Shown here: positions 1 through 15,724 of the stretch, piece after piece
Layout: every line of letters starts with the position of its first letter
How positions within the stretch are numbered: position 1 is the stretch's first letter
Program-made: the position numbers and the translations under genes
Assembly: GCF_009914755.1 (NCBI RefSeq)
Contig: NC_060937.1
Length of the DNA: 64,000 nucleotides
Source: the human T2T-CHM13v2.0 reference genome, Homo sapiens
Direction: 5' to 3' (one strand)
Notes under the pieces: generated by a model
Told to the model about the DNA's origin: nothing
Databases searched by the model: none
Seen by the model: only the letters and a program-made list of their open reading frames with translations

Positions 1-59
1 GCACATAGACTTGTGAATAATTTTGTAAGAGATTATCTTGCACAAGCATTTCTGCAGCA

Positions 60-2030
<1,971 letters not shown>

Positions 2031-3394
2031 AAGGACACATAATTCTGACCCCAGTCAGTCAACTTTCCCACAAACTCCCTGAAAACTCAAGCCCTAGTAC
2101 AACCTAGGCAAGAACCTAGAAAGCTGGAGTGAACTGTGTGGAACACTAATTTTTCCTAGACAGAAGAGGTTGAAATAGCTTGTGGTGAAAGGCAACCATG
2201 CAGACTCTTCTATTTTACTTATTTTAATGGGCAAGCCCAAATCCAATTCAGTATTAGGATAGTTACAGTACACGACCACCAACGCTATGAGAAATGGAAA
2301 CAGAAAGGTAATGCTGAGCAAGGAAAAGCTGTTAGTGCAGAATGTCTAGTGTCCAGCTCGTCTAGGCCATGGAAGGGTCTCCAGTGGAGGAAGAGAGAGA
2401 GAAAGGAGGTGAGATGCTCCTGCCTTCTTCCATGCAGGAACAGGTGCTATTGTTACCATCCTGACTTTCTGGAAGGGAAATGCAGAACATTCAGACCTAT
2501 GGATCTATTTTTAATATTGATCACTAACAGATGTATCCCAATCTGAGTCCTGGAATGTGAGCAATTGTATCAATTCTTGTTCTCTGTTGGAAAGAGCAGG
2601 AGAAAGACAGGAAAATAAACACAGAGAAAAGAATCAACTTATCCCTAGTGGCCAACTGTTTTCATCTGTACCCATTAAATATTTGTTATTTTCTGCAGTT
2701 GTGGTTTTGATGCCTTCCTTGATCTAAGAGTTGTGTAGAAGACCATTTTTAAAATTTCCAGCAGATCTGGCTTACTTCTATTTTAGGTATTTATGTCTAG
2801 TTATATAGAAATATGATCACTGGAGGTGATTTAAAAGGGTTCTTTAACATTTTAGAATCTTTTGACTGTGGGCTCATGTTCATTTGTGGTGGCTTTCCAG
2901 GACACTCCTGTGTGCTCTGGGCTAGAGAAGTATCCTTTACAGATGATTTTATTTTCCTACCAGAGCTCCAGGGAGCTTTCCCTAGCTGTGGGTCTGGTTT
3001 TTTGGGGTCATTTCTCAGCCTAGATTTCCTGAGTCCCAACATCCTCCTTGTCTCAGGCTAAGAGGGCTCTAGTTTTCTTCAGCTGATTCCACCACCCTGC
3101 CCCCAAGCAGATTTCACGCTTCTCTGCTGCTTCTCCAGGCTGAGGGTGGAATTCTCCAGGACCTGCATGTCCTGATTTTTGGTGGGTAAGTCTCTCCAGC
3201 TCCCTGTGATCTGTTATCTGGACCCATTGCCCACAGGACTATCAAGACTCCAGACAATAAGGGTATGTCTGTTGTCATTTTGGCTTCAGCTTCTACTCTG
3301 GGATTACTTCTGTGACTTTGATTCTCTCTTGACTTTGTATACCTGGAGATTTCTCTTTCTTGATTTCAGCACAACTTTATAATTGAAAGTTATT

Positions 3395-4932
3395 TTGCTA
3401 AAATATAGGCAAATGACCTGAGTAGACATTTGTCAAAAGAAGACATACAAACGGCCAACAAGTATATGAAAGTGTGCTCAACTTCATTAATCATCATGGA
3501 AATGCACATCAAAACCAGAATGAGATAGCACCTCACACCCATTAAGATGGCTGTTATCAAAAAGACAGAAGATAAGTGCTCATAAGAATGTAAAAAAAAG
3601 AAAAAAAGAAAAGAAACATGTATACTGTTGGTTGGGATATGAATTAGTTCAGCCATTATGGATAACAGTATGGAGGTTCCTCAAAAAATTAGAATTACCA
3701 TATGATCCAGCAACCTCATGACAGGGTATATACCAGAGGAACTGAACTTGGTATGTCGAAGGGATCTCTGCATTCCCATGTTCATCACAGCATTGTTCAC
3801 AACAGCCAAGACAAGAAGACAACCTAATGTCCATTGACAGATACGTGAATTAAAAAATATAGCATACAATGGAATGTTGTTCAGCCTTTAAAAAGAAGGA
3901 GATCCTGTCATTTATGATAACATGCATTAGGGTTCTCTAGAGGGACAGAACTAATAGGATAGATGTATAATATGAAAGGGAGTTTACTAAAGAGTATTGA
4001 CTCACACCATCACAAGGTGAAGTCTCACAATAGGCTGTCTGCAAGCTGAGGAGCAAGGAAGCCAGTCCGAGTCCCAAAACCTCAAAAGTAGGGAAGCTGA
4101 CAGTGCAGCCTTCAGTCTGCGGCCAAAGGTCCAAGAGCCCCTGGCAAACCACTGATGTAAGTCCAACAGTCCTAAAAGCTCAAGAATTTGGAATGTGATG
4201 TTTTGAGGGCAGGAAGCATACAGCATAGGAGAAAGATGAAGGCTGGAAGACTGAGCAAGTCTGCTAATGCCACCTTCTTTTGCCTGCTTTTTTCTAGCTC
4301 TGCTGGCAGCCAAGGGGATAGTGCTCACCCAGATTAAGGGTGGATCTGCCTCTCCTAGTCCACTGATTCAAATGTTAATCTCCTTTGGCAACACCCTCAC
4401 AGACACACTCAGGAACAATACTTTGCATCCTTCAATCCAATCAAGTTGACACTCAGTATTAACCATCACGGTGGATGAACCTGGATTACATTATGCTATA
4501 GGTAAAATAAGCCAGACACATGTGACAAATGCTGTATGATTTCACTTACATGTGAAATCCATCAAAGTCAAACTCATGGAAGCAGAGAGTGGAATAGTGA
4601 TTGTCAGGGGATGGAGGATGGGGTAAATGGGGAGATCTTGGTCCAAGGATACGAAGTTTCGGTTATGCAGGATGAATAAGTTCTGGAGATCTAACGTACA
4701 GCATGGTGACTATAGTTAACAGTGCCATATTCTACACTTGAAACTTGCTGAGAGTCATCCCCAAGTGTTCTCACCACAGACACACAAAAAAGGTAGCTGT
4801 GTGAGGTGGTGAATGTATTAATTAGCTTGATTATTACATTATTTCATAATGTATACATATATTAAAACATCACATCACACAGTAAATGTATACAATTTTT
4901 GTCAATGATGCCTCAGTAAAGCTGGGAAGAAA
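3395..4932 (+). mobile_element. L1MA9-like 3' fragment split by an MLT2A LTR
   Basis: ORF2 end (agacatttgtcaaaagaagacatacaaacggccaac) and 3'UTR (agatctaacgtacagcatggtgactatagttaac ... cctcagtaaagctggg). L1 resumes at 4471 after the LTR. Confidence 0.85.
3923..4470 (-). mobile_element. MLT2A (ERVL) solo LTR
   Basis: Termini tgcattagggttctctagagggacagaactaatagg and caatcaagttgacactcagtattaaccatcac are typical of MLT2A. Confidence 0.9.
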
Positions 4933-5169
4933 GAACACATACTCTCTAAAGCCAAACGAAATTTATTTTGTTCTATTTTATTTAGAATTTGTACATTTGA
5001 GAAACAAAGGGGCGGAGGTGAGGAGAGGGTCCCTGTGTTCCAATTCCATTTGCACTGTTGCCTGGGAGTCTGAGTTGACAGTGATACCAATACCATGGCT
5101 AATGGTTCAGTTCTGGGCCTCAGTTTGTATATAATTATAGGAACTATGCACAATATGTCTTCTTCTATT

Positions 5170-5300
5170 AATTTGCTTCAATTAAATTCAGCAAATACTT
5201 ATTGGGAATGTATTACAGGGCAGTTATTGTGTTGGGTACTATGAGAGTTATGGTCTTGATTGCCAAGGATTCATGGTCTAGTGGGACGGGCAGATGGACA
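5170..5300 (-). mobile_element. L2 3' end fragment
   Basis: ttcagcaaatacttattgggaatg ... tgtgttgggtact ... tcatggtctagtggga resembles the L2 terminus. Confidence 0.6.
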
Positions 5301-6834
5301 GAACTGTGATGTAATGGAACATGCATGCACACATGTGTGGGGAAGGGCATATCTGACAAATAATCTGAAATGAGGGAGATGCAATAGCTGCTTTTTCTAT
5401 TTTATGCTGCCCATTTATGTTGCTTTCATTTTATCCTTACTGTCTCCTGTTCTTTCCCTACTCCCCTGGCCCAGTAGAGCAGACAGAATATGCACTTTCT
5501 CTTGTGCTGGAGGTAATCCAGGAGTGAGGCCACTTGATAGATTCTGGGGGTAGAAACCAGAGTGGAGAGATGAATCCAAGAGGTTCTCAAGTTTTGGGGG
5601 CCTCACAGAATCCTTTGAAAATCTGGAAAAAAAAAACAACCCAGAAACTGATAAGCTCAATTCTCAGAAAAATACTTCTTTGTGCATGTGGTTTCTGGTT
5701 TCCTGAAGCCCCTCTGTAGACCTCCTAGGGTGAAGAACTGCTGAAGTCAATGTCAGAGAAAACCTCTTCAGGTTTTGATTGCAAGTCCTTCTGGAAAGAG
5801 AAATAATTTCGTTTCAACCACACAATAAATAAACAGACACATGGATGCCATGAGAGTCAGTTAACATGGCCACTGTCTCATCAGGACATAATTTACCCTT
5901 CCTAGCACTGTCTAAATATGGTTACCAGCATTAATACTAACAAACTATGGAGATGTTATGAACTCAGTCCCCATACGGGTAGAGTATGGCAACAACTGTG
6001 GTCTAATCAGCCATCTCTCCCAACTGTAAGAATTCAAGCATATAAAACCCCAGCTACCAGATGTGATGCTGTAGAAACCATCTGCAAGTTTAATGCTGTT
6101 GTAATGATGATGGAAAGACTCAGTGTGAAATCGAATATCTGATCCTTGTTTACAAAAGTCAAGTATGTTGACTCCCACTTTTGCTATTTCAATTGCCTTC
6201 ACCCTGTGTGAATCACAGTTGTAATACCGACATTACTTTTGTCAGTGTAAGATAAAAAATAAAGTATTATTTTTTCTTTAATTGGATTCTCAATGCACTA
6301 TAAAAATTTCAGTGTGTTATCATCTGAGGGTAATTTGGTTCTGGGTAATCTCATATGATTAAAATTTCTAAACAGTGGAACCCTGATTGTGGGATGCATA
6401 TTCTTAGCAAACAAATGCAGTTTTTACATTTCTTATGATTTTATTTATGAAGAGTATTTTTAATGAACTGCATTTGATTTTTTATCTCAAATCTACCCCT
6501 TTATTTTTGACTTGCTTTTCTTTTTGTTAAAAGTCAATATGTGTAACAGTTTTATGAAAACCTTATAAAATTCAACCTTATAAAAAAGAAAAATTATATT
6601 TCTTTTAAATGAGAAAAGATGCCTCATTTCTCCTTTCTCTGCCCTTATCAGCTTCTTTAATGACATTGCATATTTGTTTTTATGTTTTTAATTATTGACA
6701 AAGAAGAGAGGAAAAAGTAAAAACATATATTACATTTAATATGTATCAAATACATACTGCCCTAATGTGAAATTATGAAAAGGGGAAGACCCTTCAACAG
6801 AGTTGAAAGAGCCCCAGCCCTGGGTTACAGGGCT

Positions 6835-6970
6835 TAGAGGTTATTTCTAGCTCTGAGCCTAGTTTTCTGTACAGCCTTGAGCAAACCACTTACCTCTGTC
6901 CATTTCTCTTTTCTTGTCTTTAAAATTGACAGAACAATTTCATGGAGACTTTTAAGTGAAAATCAAATGC
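6835..6970 (+). mobile_element. MIR fragment
   Basis: Core-like ccttgagcaaaccacttacctctgt ... gtctttaaaat. Confidence 0.6.
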
Positions 6971-7139
6971 CTATCACAATATAGCACCCCTCCATACACA
7001 AACATCTTAGTCTTTCCCTTTCTCAGTAATTATATTATTTATAAGGAGGTATTCATTTATTTACTTGCGTAGTACCTTTTTGCTTTGTTGGGACGGGGTC
7101 TCACATTCCCAGCATCTAGCACAACGCCAGCGCACTATA

Positions 7140-7435
7140 CTGACTCTCTCATCCTTCTCAAGTCACATCTCCTGGGAAGCTTTTTCAGAGCGGCCGCCCT
7201 CCCCCAGGTGGAATTGACATTTCAGTCTCTCTTCAAACCCCTGCCTACCCAGTACAGATTTCTCAAAAATCACATGCTACATTTGATTGTATTTGTTCTG
7301 TTTAAGTCTTTTTGTTCTTGCAAGTTCATCAAGGGTTTCTTGGACAAGAACCCCGTCTTAGTTTATCTCTGTGTACTGAGCATCTAGGATAGTGCACTGT
7401 CTACAGTAGATACCTGATTTTTAAGTGAATGAAAA
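7140..7435 (+). mobile_element. L2 3' fragment
   Basis: agtcacatctcctgggaagc ... gtcttagtttatctctgtg ... cagtagatacctg ... gtgaatgaa. Confidence 0.6.
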
Positions 7436-7739
7436 ACATTATGATGGTGGAGGTTGGGCTAGCACACTAGGTGAATTGACTTACGTTCTGGCAGTCTGTC
7501 CAATCCACCTTAGAAAGCCTTGCCCATTTCTGGGTGGGCAGGGGAGCTGTGGTTCTGAGAGGTGTGCTGTAGTTAGGGTTACTGTATGTGCTGCCTTGCC
7601 TGCCACACTCCCATTTCCTGCCCGCTCACCCTGGCATCCCATTCAGCTTTGCGTTCATCCCAGATATATGTTACTTTAATATTTAGAAAATGTTTAGAGA
7701 GTTTTAAAAGTAATTTCATAGGGCTGTATTATCATTTTC

Positions 7740-8125
7740 TTTATGCATAACTAGATATATTTTACATATCATAAAATTCACCAGTTTCAGAAGTACACTT
7801 CAGTGACTTTTTGTCAATTTACTGAGTGGTTCAACCATAACCATATCTAGTTTAGAATATTTTCATCATCTCAGTAAAAGCCCTCATGCCCATTTATGGT
7901 TAATCCCTATTTCTATCCCCAGCTAGTAATCTACTGTCTATCAATTTGCCTTTTCTAGGAATTTCATCTAAATGGAACCATGCAATATGTGGTCTCTTTT
8001 GTCTGGCATCTTTCACTAATGCTTCTGAGGCTCATCTGTCTTGTAGCAGGTATCATTCGTTCATTCCTTTTTTATTGTGAGTAGTATTCCAATTTATGGT
8101 TATACTACCTTGTATCTATCCAGCT
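7740..8125 (-). mobile_element. L1MB/L1ME 3' end
   Basis: cataaaattcacc ... gaatattttcatcatc ... atttcatctaaatggaaccatgcaatatgtggtc ... gagtagtattcc. Confidence 0.75.
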
Positions 8126-8419
8126 AATAGAACTATATTATAATTTAAAACCAATTGTTTGGTAATAAATATTTCAAAAACACTGTATACCTTATTATTT
8201 TGGTGTCCCCTGTCTCCTCTGAATTATCTGTTTGGATGGTACCAGCACCCTGGCTACAGCATAACTTATCCACAGGTAATTTCCAGTGTAGAGAACCCTT
8301 AGCCAGGTTGGTTTGATTTTTTTTCATATCAACATTTCTTGAGCACCTTTGTGCTGGATCCTAAAGATGAAAAAATAAGTAAGATATCATCCCTGCCTTT
8401 GAAGAACTTATAGTCTAAT

Positions 8420-8590
8420 AACAACAGCTAACATTGTTGAGTACCTACTATTGCCAGGTATGGTTCTAAGTACATTACATGTATTATCTCATTAAATCCT
8501 CACGATAGCATATGAGGAAGATAGTACCATTGTCATCTTTTATAGATTAAACTGGTTCAGAGAGGTTAAGTAACTAGCCCAAGTAACTTC
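8420..8590 (-). mobile_element. MIR
   Basis: tatctcattaaatcctcac ... aaactggttcagagaggttaagtaactagcccaag. Confidence 0.85.
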
Positions 8591-9369
8591 CACTGGTTTA
8601 GGAGACTGGGTGTATGGTCGATGGTGGTGCTGGTAACTGAGATAGGAAACTCAGAAAATAATAATAGTTCTTAAAATGCAGGAATGGAAAAGGTACAAAG
8701 AGAGTTTGAGACAGATCGAATCTGAGATACTATGGGACGCTTGAGGAGAAATTTTCAACGGGTATTTGCATCTACTCATTTAAAGCTGGGGCACGAAATC
8801 AAAGCTAGAAATATAAATTGTCATTAGCATGTAAGAGGAGTAAAGTCACAAGAAAGGATGCCACTCAGGGGAGAGTGTGTAGAAGGAGAAAAGCTGAAGC
8901 TGAGCCTTGGGGAGCACCAGTGTGCACAGGAAAGCGGGAGCAAAGCCACTCCACACCCAGAAGAAACATCGGGGATATGGGAGGAGAACCAAAAGATAGC
9001 TGGGCCGCAGGAGCCAATAGGCAGACAGATGAGGCAAGGAAAGCAGCAAATGCAGCATAAAGACCCAGGAAGATGACACCAAAAGTGTCTCCTCAATGTG
9101 CGAATGTGGAGGCTATTGATGACATTTGCTTTCAAAGACTGGCAAGGTCGGAAGCCAGTTGGTAGTGGATTTAGAAATTAATGGGCCATAATTGCAAGTA
9201 AGGGCTACTCTTTTGAGAGATTCAAGAACTAAAGCCTTGAAGCCTTAGAGCATTAAAGGAAGATTTTCTTTTCAATATGACAGATTTGAGAATACTTACA
9301 CACTTGGGGTAGGGAGCCCAGAAAGGAGAAGTGTTGAAAATATTAATATAAGAGAGTAAGGAAACAATT

Positions 9370-9547
9370 CAGTAGTTCTCAACCCTGGCTATATGTGAGA
9401 ACCACCTGGGCTGGAGAAAGCAGTTGGGGGGATGCCGTTGAAGAACAGAAACTCATTCAGCTGGTCTGGTAGAAGGGCTGAGGCATCGATACAATTTGTA
9501 TAGCTCCCTAGATGATCCTAATTTATAGCCAGGGTTGAAAAGCACTG
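9370..9547. mobile_element. MER5B-like hAT-Charlie MITE
   Basis: Termini cagtagttctcaaccctggct and agccagggttgaaaagcactg are inverted repeats. Confidence 0.8.
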
Positions 9548-10335
9548 GGATAATTGATAGAATGGTATTTCAGAGGAGGTGGGAGTAGTTGGGATTAATA
9601 GCAACACAGAGGCATTGGCCTTGACCAGGAGAACAAGTATGTGAGTCTGTGAGACCAGGGGTGAACATGAGTATGTTTGTAGATAAGTTTACAGATGTAA
9701 AGGTAGGAAGTTGAAGTAGCACATGCCTATTCAGTATTCTCAGTTGAAGGGTGAGGCTAATAGGTGAAGGGAGTTGGAGCTCCATGGCTTGAGAAAGGAG
9801 ATAAAACTTTGGAATACATTCTGGAAGGAGTAGGGTGGGGAGTTGAACAGTGGTCAGCTTGTGCAGATGGCCCACCTGTAGTTGGGGACACACAGTCCTA
9901 ATGCAGTTCCAGTGTGAAAATAAAACCTAAAAGGGCCATTTCCTCCAGCAGTATGGGTGCAGAGAGGGAGACTTACAGTCATGATCGAGGGCTGGGGTTT
10001 TGTCTAGAATGGGCTCAGTAAGGACAGGGTGGTAGATTCTGAAGATCCCACTGATGGAACAGTACAAGAGTTTTCAACCATGGATCCCGGGAAAAGGAGA
10101 GAAGCAAGTGAGGGCAGAGGAGGCTGATTAGGAGGAAATGAAGGGCATGGAGACTGAATGGGCCACTGAGATCCAGGTGAAAGACTGGTAAGGTGAGTGG
10201 CATGAACACACTGGCAGGATGGGAGCTCATGGTTGGCGCATGCTATTGGAAGTTAGGCTAATATGGATCAGCTCCAAGGTGCAGTGCTTGACTGTGGTTA
10301 AGGTTGAATGAGGTAAGATTAAAAGTAAAAGTCTG

Positions 10336-10705
<370 letters not shown>

Positions 10706-11343
10706 TCATTTGTCTGGAGATTGAAAACATCCTATAAAGGGTTAAGTTTGAGCTGTTAAAAGATGAGCCTGATGCCCATGTTTCTGATGAATAAGAGAGG
10801 ACAATCATAGACATGCATCAGGATTAGTGAGATAAGGAGAGGTAGATAGATGTTAAGCAATGAGACTCAAAGCAGGGGAGAATTTTACCAGAAGGTGGTA
10901 GATAATTCATGGTTTTTGTTGGAATGAGGAAAGCAGAGATGGTAAAACTTTCTTCTAACTCAACTCCATAGTATTTAGGCCATGGAACAGGTGGCATTTT
11001 CCACCAGAGAAATCTGCAGGGAAAAAGGAATCCTGGGAAAAGATGAGTTTGGGGTAGGCAAGAAAGTGCAAGGTATGTTCTAATCAGGAGCTGGTGTGGA
11101 AGGGAGGTATTTCCCAAAGTCTGGCATTGAGTAAACAGCAACTGCACTGGATAACAGGGACCTTCAGCCTGAGAGCTGGATTCCTGCTTCAAGTCTCCTT
11201 CCATCCTTATAACTCATGAAAGAGAAAGTCTTCATATACGTTGCCATTCTTTGAAGATCCCTCTATCACTTGCTAATCTTGCTTTCTAGCAAAGACAGAG
11301 TAGGCCTTAGGCATAAAGCTGGATTTTAATAGGGTCTTGTTAG

Positions 11344-11663
<320 letters not shown>

Positions 11664-12378
11664 TCATCTATTTTAATATTACCTTTCTTCTAGAAAATGA
11701 TCCCGGTCATAGAAAATGATCCTGGTATATTTATGTCATATAAAATCCTTTGTAAAATATGTATTTAAGTCTTTAAAAAGCAAGTTCATTTTTAAATATT
11801 CAGTAAATAATAGCAGAAGTGGCAAAAAAAATAGCAAAGGTGGTATGGGAATGACTGGGGTTTTGGAAGTTCTGACCCAGGGGGTGATTTATGAAGGACA
11901 GAATGCAGGGGAAGGATTTAAAAGGGACAGCAGGCAAGAACACTAGGGAAGGAAGGAAACTATGAGAAGATAAAGGGTCCAACATCCGAGGCAGACCTAG
12001 ACCATTCGGATCTTCTGAGTTTCCTTAGGATAGTCCCCAGAAGCAGAAGAGGCCCATGGAGCTCCTCTCCCCGGATCTCCTGTTGCTGCTCAACACAGAA
12101 CTCAGAGACCAGAGAGCCGGCTGAGCCAGGGCAGCCTTTGTGAGGCTGTGCTCCCAAGCAGTTAGTGGGAATTTTGTGTGCTTATTAATGAAGGTTCTTA
12201 ATGGAGTCACAGGAAAAACCACAGACCTACCAAGTTGAACTCAAACAGCACCTTGCTATGGCTTCTTTTCTCCCAAGATGTAGTTCATTAGGAATAAGTT
12301 TCTGAATGTGTATAGCTGAGGGTACTTGGGTTTTAAAGCAATGGAGTCAAGCAAAGGCAATAGTGAGAGGTTTTTAGC

Positions 12379-14073
12379 CCTCCACAAGGAAAACTACAAG
12401 ATGCTGTCAAAAGAAATAACGGACAACACAAACAAATGGAAACACATCCCATGTTCATGGATGGGTAGAATCAATATTGTGAAAATGACCATAACTGCCA
12501 AAAGTAGTCTAGAAATTCAATGCAATTCTCATCAAAATACCACCATCTTTCTTCACATAACTAAAAAAAAAAAAAAACAATTCAAAAATTCATATGGAGC
12601 CAAAAAAGAGCCTGCATAGCCAAAGCAAGTCTAAGCAAAAAGAACAAATCTGGAGGCATCACAGTACCTGACTTCAAACTATACTGTAAGGATATATTCA
12701 CCAAAACAACATGGTACTGGTATGAAAATATGCACACAGATCAATTGGACAGAATAGAAAACCCAGAAATAAAGCCGAATACCTACAGCCAACTGATCTT
12801 TGGCAAAGCAAACAAAAACATAAAGTGGGGAAAGGACACCTTATTCAACAAATGAGGCTGGGATAATTGGCAAGCCACATGCAGAAGAATGAAACGGGAT
12901 TCTCATCTCTTACCTTATACAAAAATCAACTCAAGATGGATCAAAGACTTAAATCTAAGACCTGAAACCATAAAAATTCTAGAACATTAGAAAAACCCTT
13001 CTAGAAATTGGCTTAGGCAAATACTTCATGACCAAGAACCCAAAAGCAAATGCAACAAAAGAAAGATAAATAGATGGGACTTAAAACTAAAAAGCTTCTG
13101 CTCAGCAAAAGAAATAATCAGCAAAGTAAACAGACAACCCACAGAGTCGGAGAAAATCTTTGCAAACTATGCATCTGATAAAGGACTAATAACCAGAATC
13201 TACAAGGGACTCAAACAAATCAGAAGAAAGAAAATCCCATCAAAAAGTGGGCAAAAGACATAAATAGACAATTCCCAAAAGAAGATACGTAAATGGCCAA
13301 CAAACATACGAAAAAATGCTCATCATCACTAATTATCAGGGAAATGCAAATCAAAACTACAATGTGATACCGCCATACTCCTGCAAGAATGCCCGTAATC
13401 AAAAAATCAAAAAATAATAGATGTTAACATGGATGTGTGAAAAGGGAACACTTGAATACTGCTGGTGGGAATGTAAACTAGTACACCCATTATGGAAAAC
13501 AGTGTGGAGATTCCTTAAAGAATTCAAAGTAGATCTACTGTTTGATCTAGCAATCCCATTACTGGGTACCTACCTAGAGGAAAAGAAGTCGTTTTAGGAA
13601 AAAGACACTTGCACATGCATGTTTATAGCAGTGCAATTCACAATTCCAAAAATGTGGAACCAGCCCAAATGTCCATCAGTCAACAAGTGAATAAGCAGAA
13701 TGTGACATATATGCCATGGAATACTATTCAGCCATAAAAAGGAATGAAATAATGGCATTCGCAACAACCTGGATGGAACTGGAGACCATTATCCTAAGTG
13801 AAGTAGCACCAGAATGGAAAACCAAACATCATATGTTCTCACTCAAAAGCGGGAGCTAAGCTATGAGGATGCAAAGGTGTAAGAATAATATAATGGACTT
13901 TGGAGACTTGGGGAAGGGTGGGAGGGGGGTCATGGATAAAAGACTGCACATTGCATGTAGTGTACATTCCTTAGCTGATGGGTGCACCACAGTCTTGGAA
14001 ATCACCACTAAAGAACTTATCCATATAACCACCTGTTCCCCAAAAACTTATTGAAATATAAAAAAAAGAAAAA
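12379..14073 (+). mobile_element. 5'-truncated L1PB (PB1/PB2-like), ORF2 3' part plus 3'UTR
   Basis: ORF2 remnant [36 protein letters not shown]1PB 3'UTR gggagctaagctatgaggatgcaaagg ... gaaatcaccactaaagaactta. A-rich tail. Confidence 0.92.
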
Positions 14074-14111
14074 TCCGTCATATCCAAAGTATACGATACC
14101 CTGTAATTTTC

Positions 14112-15724
14112 TTTTTAAAAAAATTTTTAAATATATTTTTTATTTTATTTTACTTTAAGTTCCAGGATACATGTGGTGAATGTACAGGTTTGTAATCTAG
14201 GTATATGTGTGCCATGGTGGTTTGCTGTACCTCTCAACTCATCACCTAGGTTTTAAGCCCCACATGCATTAGCTATTTGCCCTGATACTCTCCATCTCCT
14301 CCCCCAGCAACAGGCACCAGTGTGTGTTGTTCCCCGCCTTGTGTCCATGTGTTCTCATCGTTCATCTCCCACTTATGAGTGAGAACATGTGGTGTTTGGC
14401 TTTCTGTTCCTGTGTTAGTTTGCTGAGGATGATGGCTTCCAGCTTCATCCATGTTCCTGCAAAGGACATGATCTCATTCCTTTTTATGGCTGCATAGTAT
14501 TCCATGGTTTATATGTACCACATTTTCTTTATCCAGTCTAGAATTGATGGACATTTGGGTTGGTTGCATGCCTTTGTTATTGTGAATAGTGCTGCAATAA
14601 ACATATGTATGCATGTATCTTTATAACAGAATGATTTCTTTCGTTCGTTTGTTCGTTTGTTCTTTCTTTCTTTCGACAGAGTCTCGCTCTGTCACCCAGG
14701 CTGGAGTGCAGTGGTGCTATCTCGACTCACTGCAACTTCTGACTCCCAGCTTCCAGCAATTCTCCTGCCTCAGCTTCCCAAGTAGCTGGGACTACAGGCG
14801 TGCACCACTATGCCTGGCTAATTTTTGCATTTTTTTTAGTAGAGATGGGGTTTCACCATATTGGCCAGGCTGGTCTCAAACTCCTGACCTCATGATCCAC
14901 CCACCTCAGCCTCCCAAAGTGCTAGGATTACAGGCTTGAGTCACCGCACCCAGCCAAAACGAATGATTTATATTCCTTTGGGTATATACCCAGTAATGGG
15001 ATGGCTGGGTCAAATGGTATTTGTGGTTCTAAATCCTTGAGGAATCACCATACTGTCTTCCACAATGGTTGAACTAATTTACATTCCCACCAACAGTGTA
15101 TAAGTGTTCCTGTTTCTCCACAGCCTCACCAGCATCTGTTGTTTCTTGACATTTTAATAATCGCCATTCTGACTGGCATGAGATGGTATCTCATTATGGT
15201 TTTGATTTGCATTTCTGTAATGATCAGTGATGTTGAGCTTTTTTTAATATGTTTGTTGGCGGCATAAATGTCTTCTTTTGAGAAGTGTCTCATCATGTCC
15301 TTTGCCCACTTTTTGATGGGGTTGTTTTTTCTTGTAAATTTGTTTAAGTTCTTTGTAAATTCAGAATATTAGACCTTTGTCAGATGGGTGTTTTCCAAAA
15401 ATTTTCTCCCATTCCGGTAGGTTGCCTGTTCACTCTGATACTAGGATTTCCTATTTAATAAATGGTTCTGGGAAAACTGGCTAGCCATATGCAGAAAACT
15501 GAAACTGGACCCCATCCTTACACCTTATACAAAAATTAACTCAAGATGGATTAAAGATTTAAATGTAAAATCCCAAACCATAAAAACCTTAGAAGAAAAC
15601 CTAGGCAATACCATTCAGGACATAGGCATGAGCAAAGATTTTATGATGAAATAACCAAAAGCAATTGCAACAAAAGCTAAAATCGACAAATGAGATGTAA
15701 TTAAAGAGCTTCTGCACAGCAAAA
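14112..15724 (-). mobile_element. L1PA8-like element with 5' inversion (15443-15724 on + strand) and a nested Alu
   Basis: Antisense 3'UTR/ORF2 from 14112 to 15440, then sense ORF2. 17-bp TSD gataccctgtaattttc at 14095-14111 and 15725-15741. ggttttaagccccacatgcattag suggests PA8. Confidence 0.92.
14638..14955 (-). mobile_element. AluSg-like element nested in L1PA8
   Basis: Alu dimer with (TTCG/TTTG/TTTC) tail. TSD core gaatgattt at 14629-14637 and 14961-14969. Confidence 0.9.

Noticed and set aside
12326-12619. L1 ORF2-like peptides (also 35292, 41260, 62501)
   Set aside because: Frameshifted, truncated remnants of dead L1s. No intact ORF1 or ORF2 in the window.
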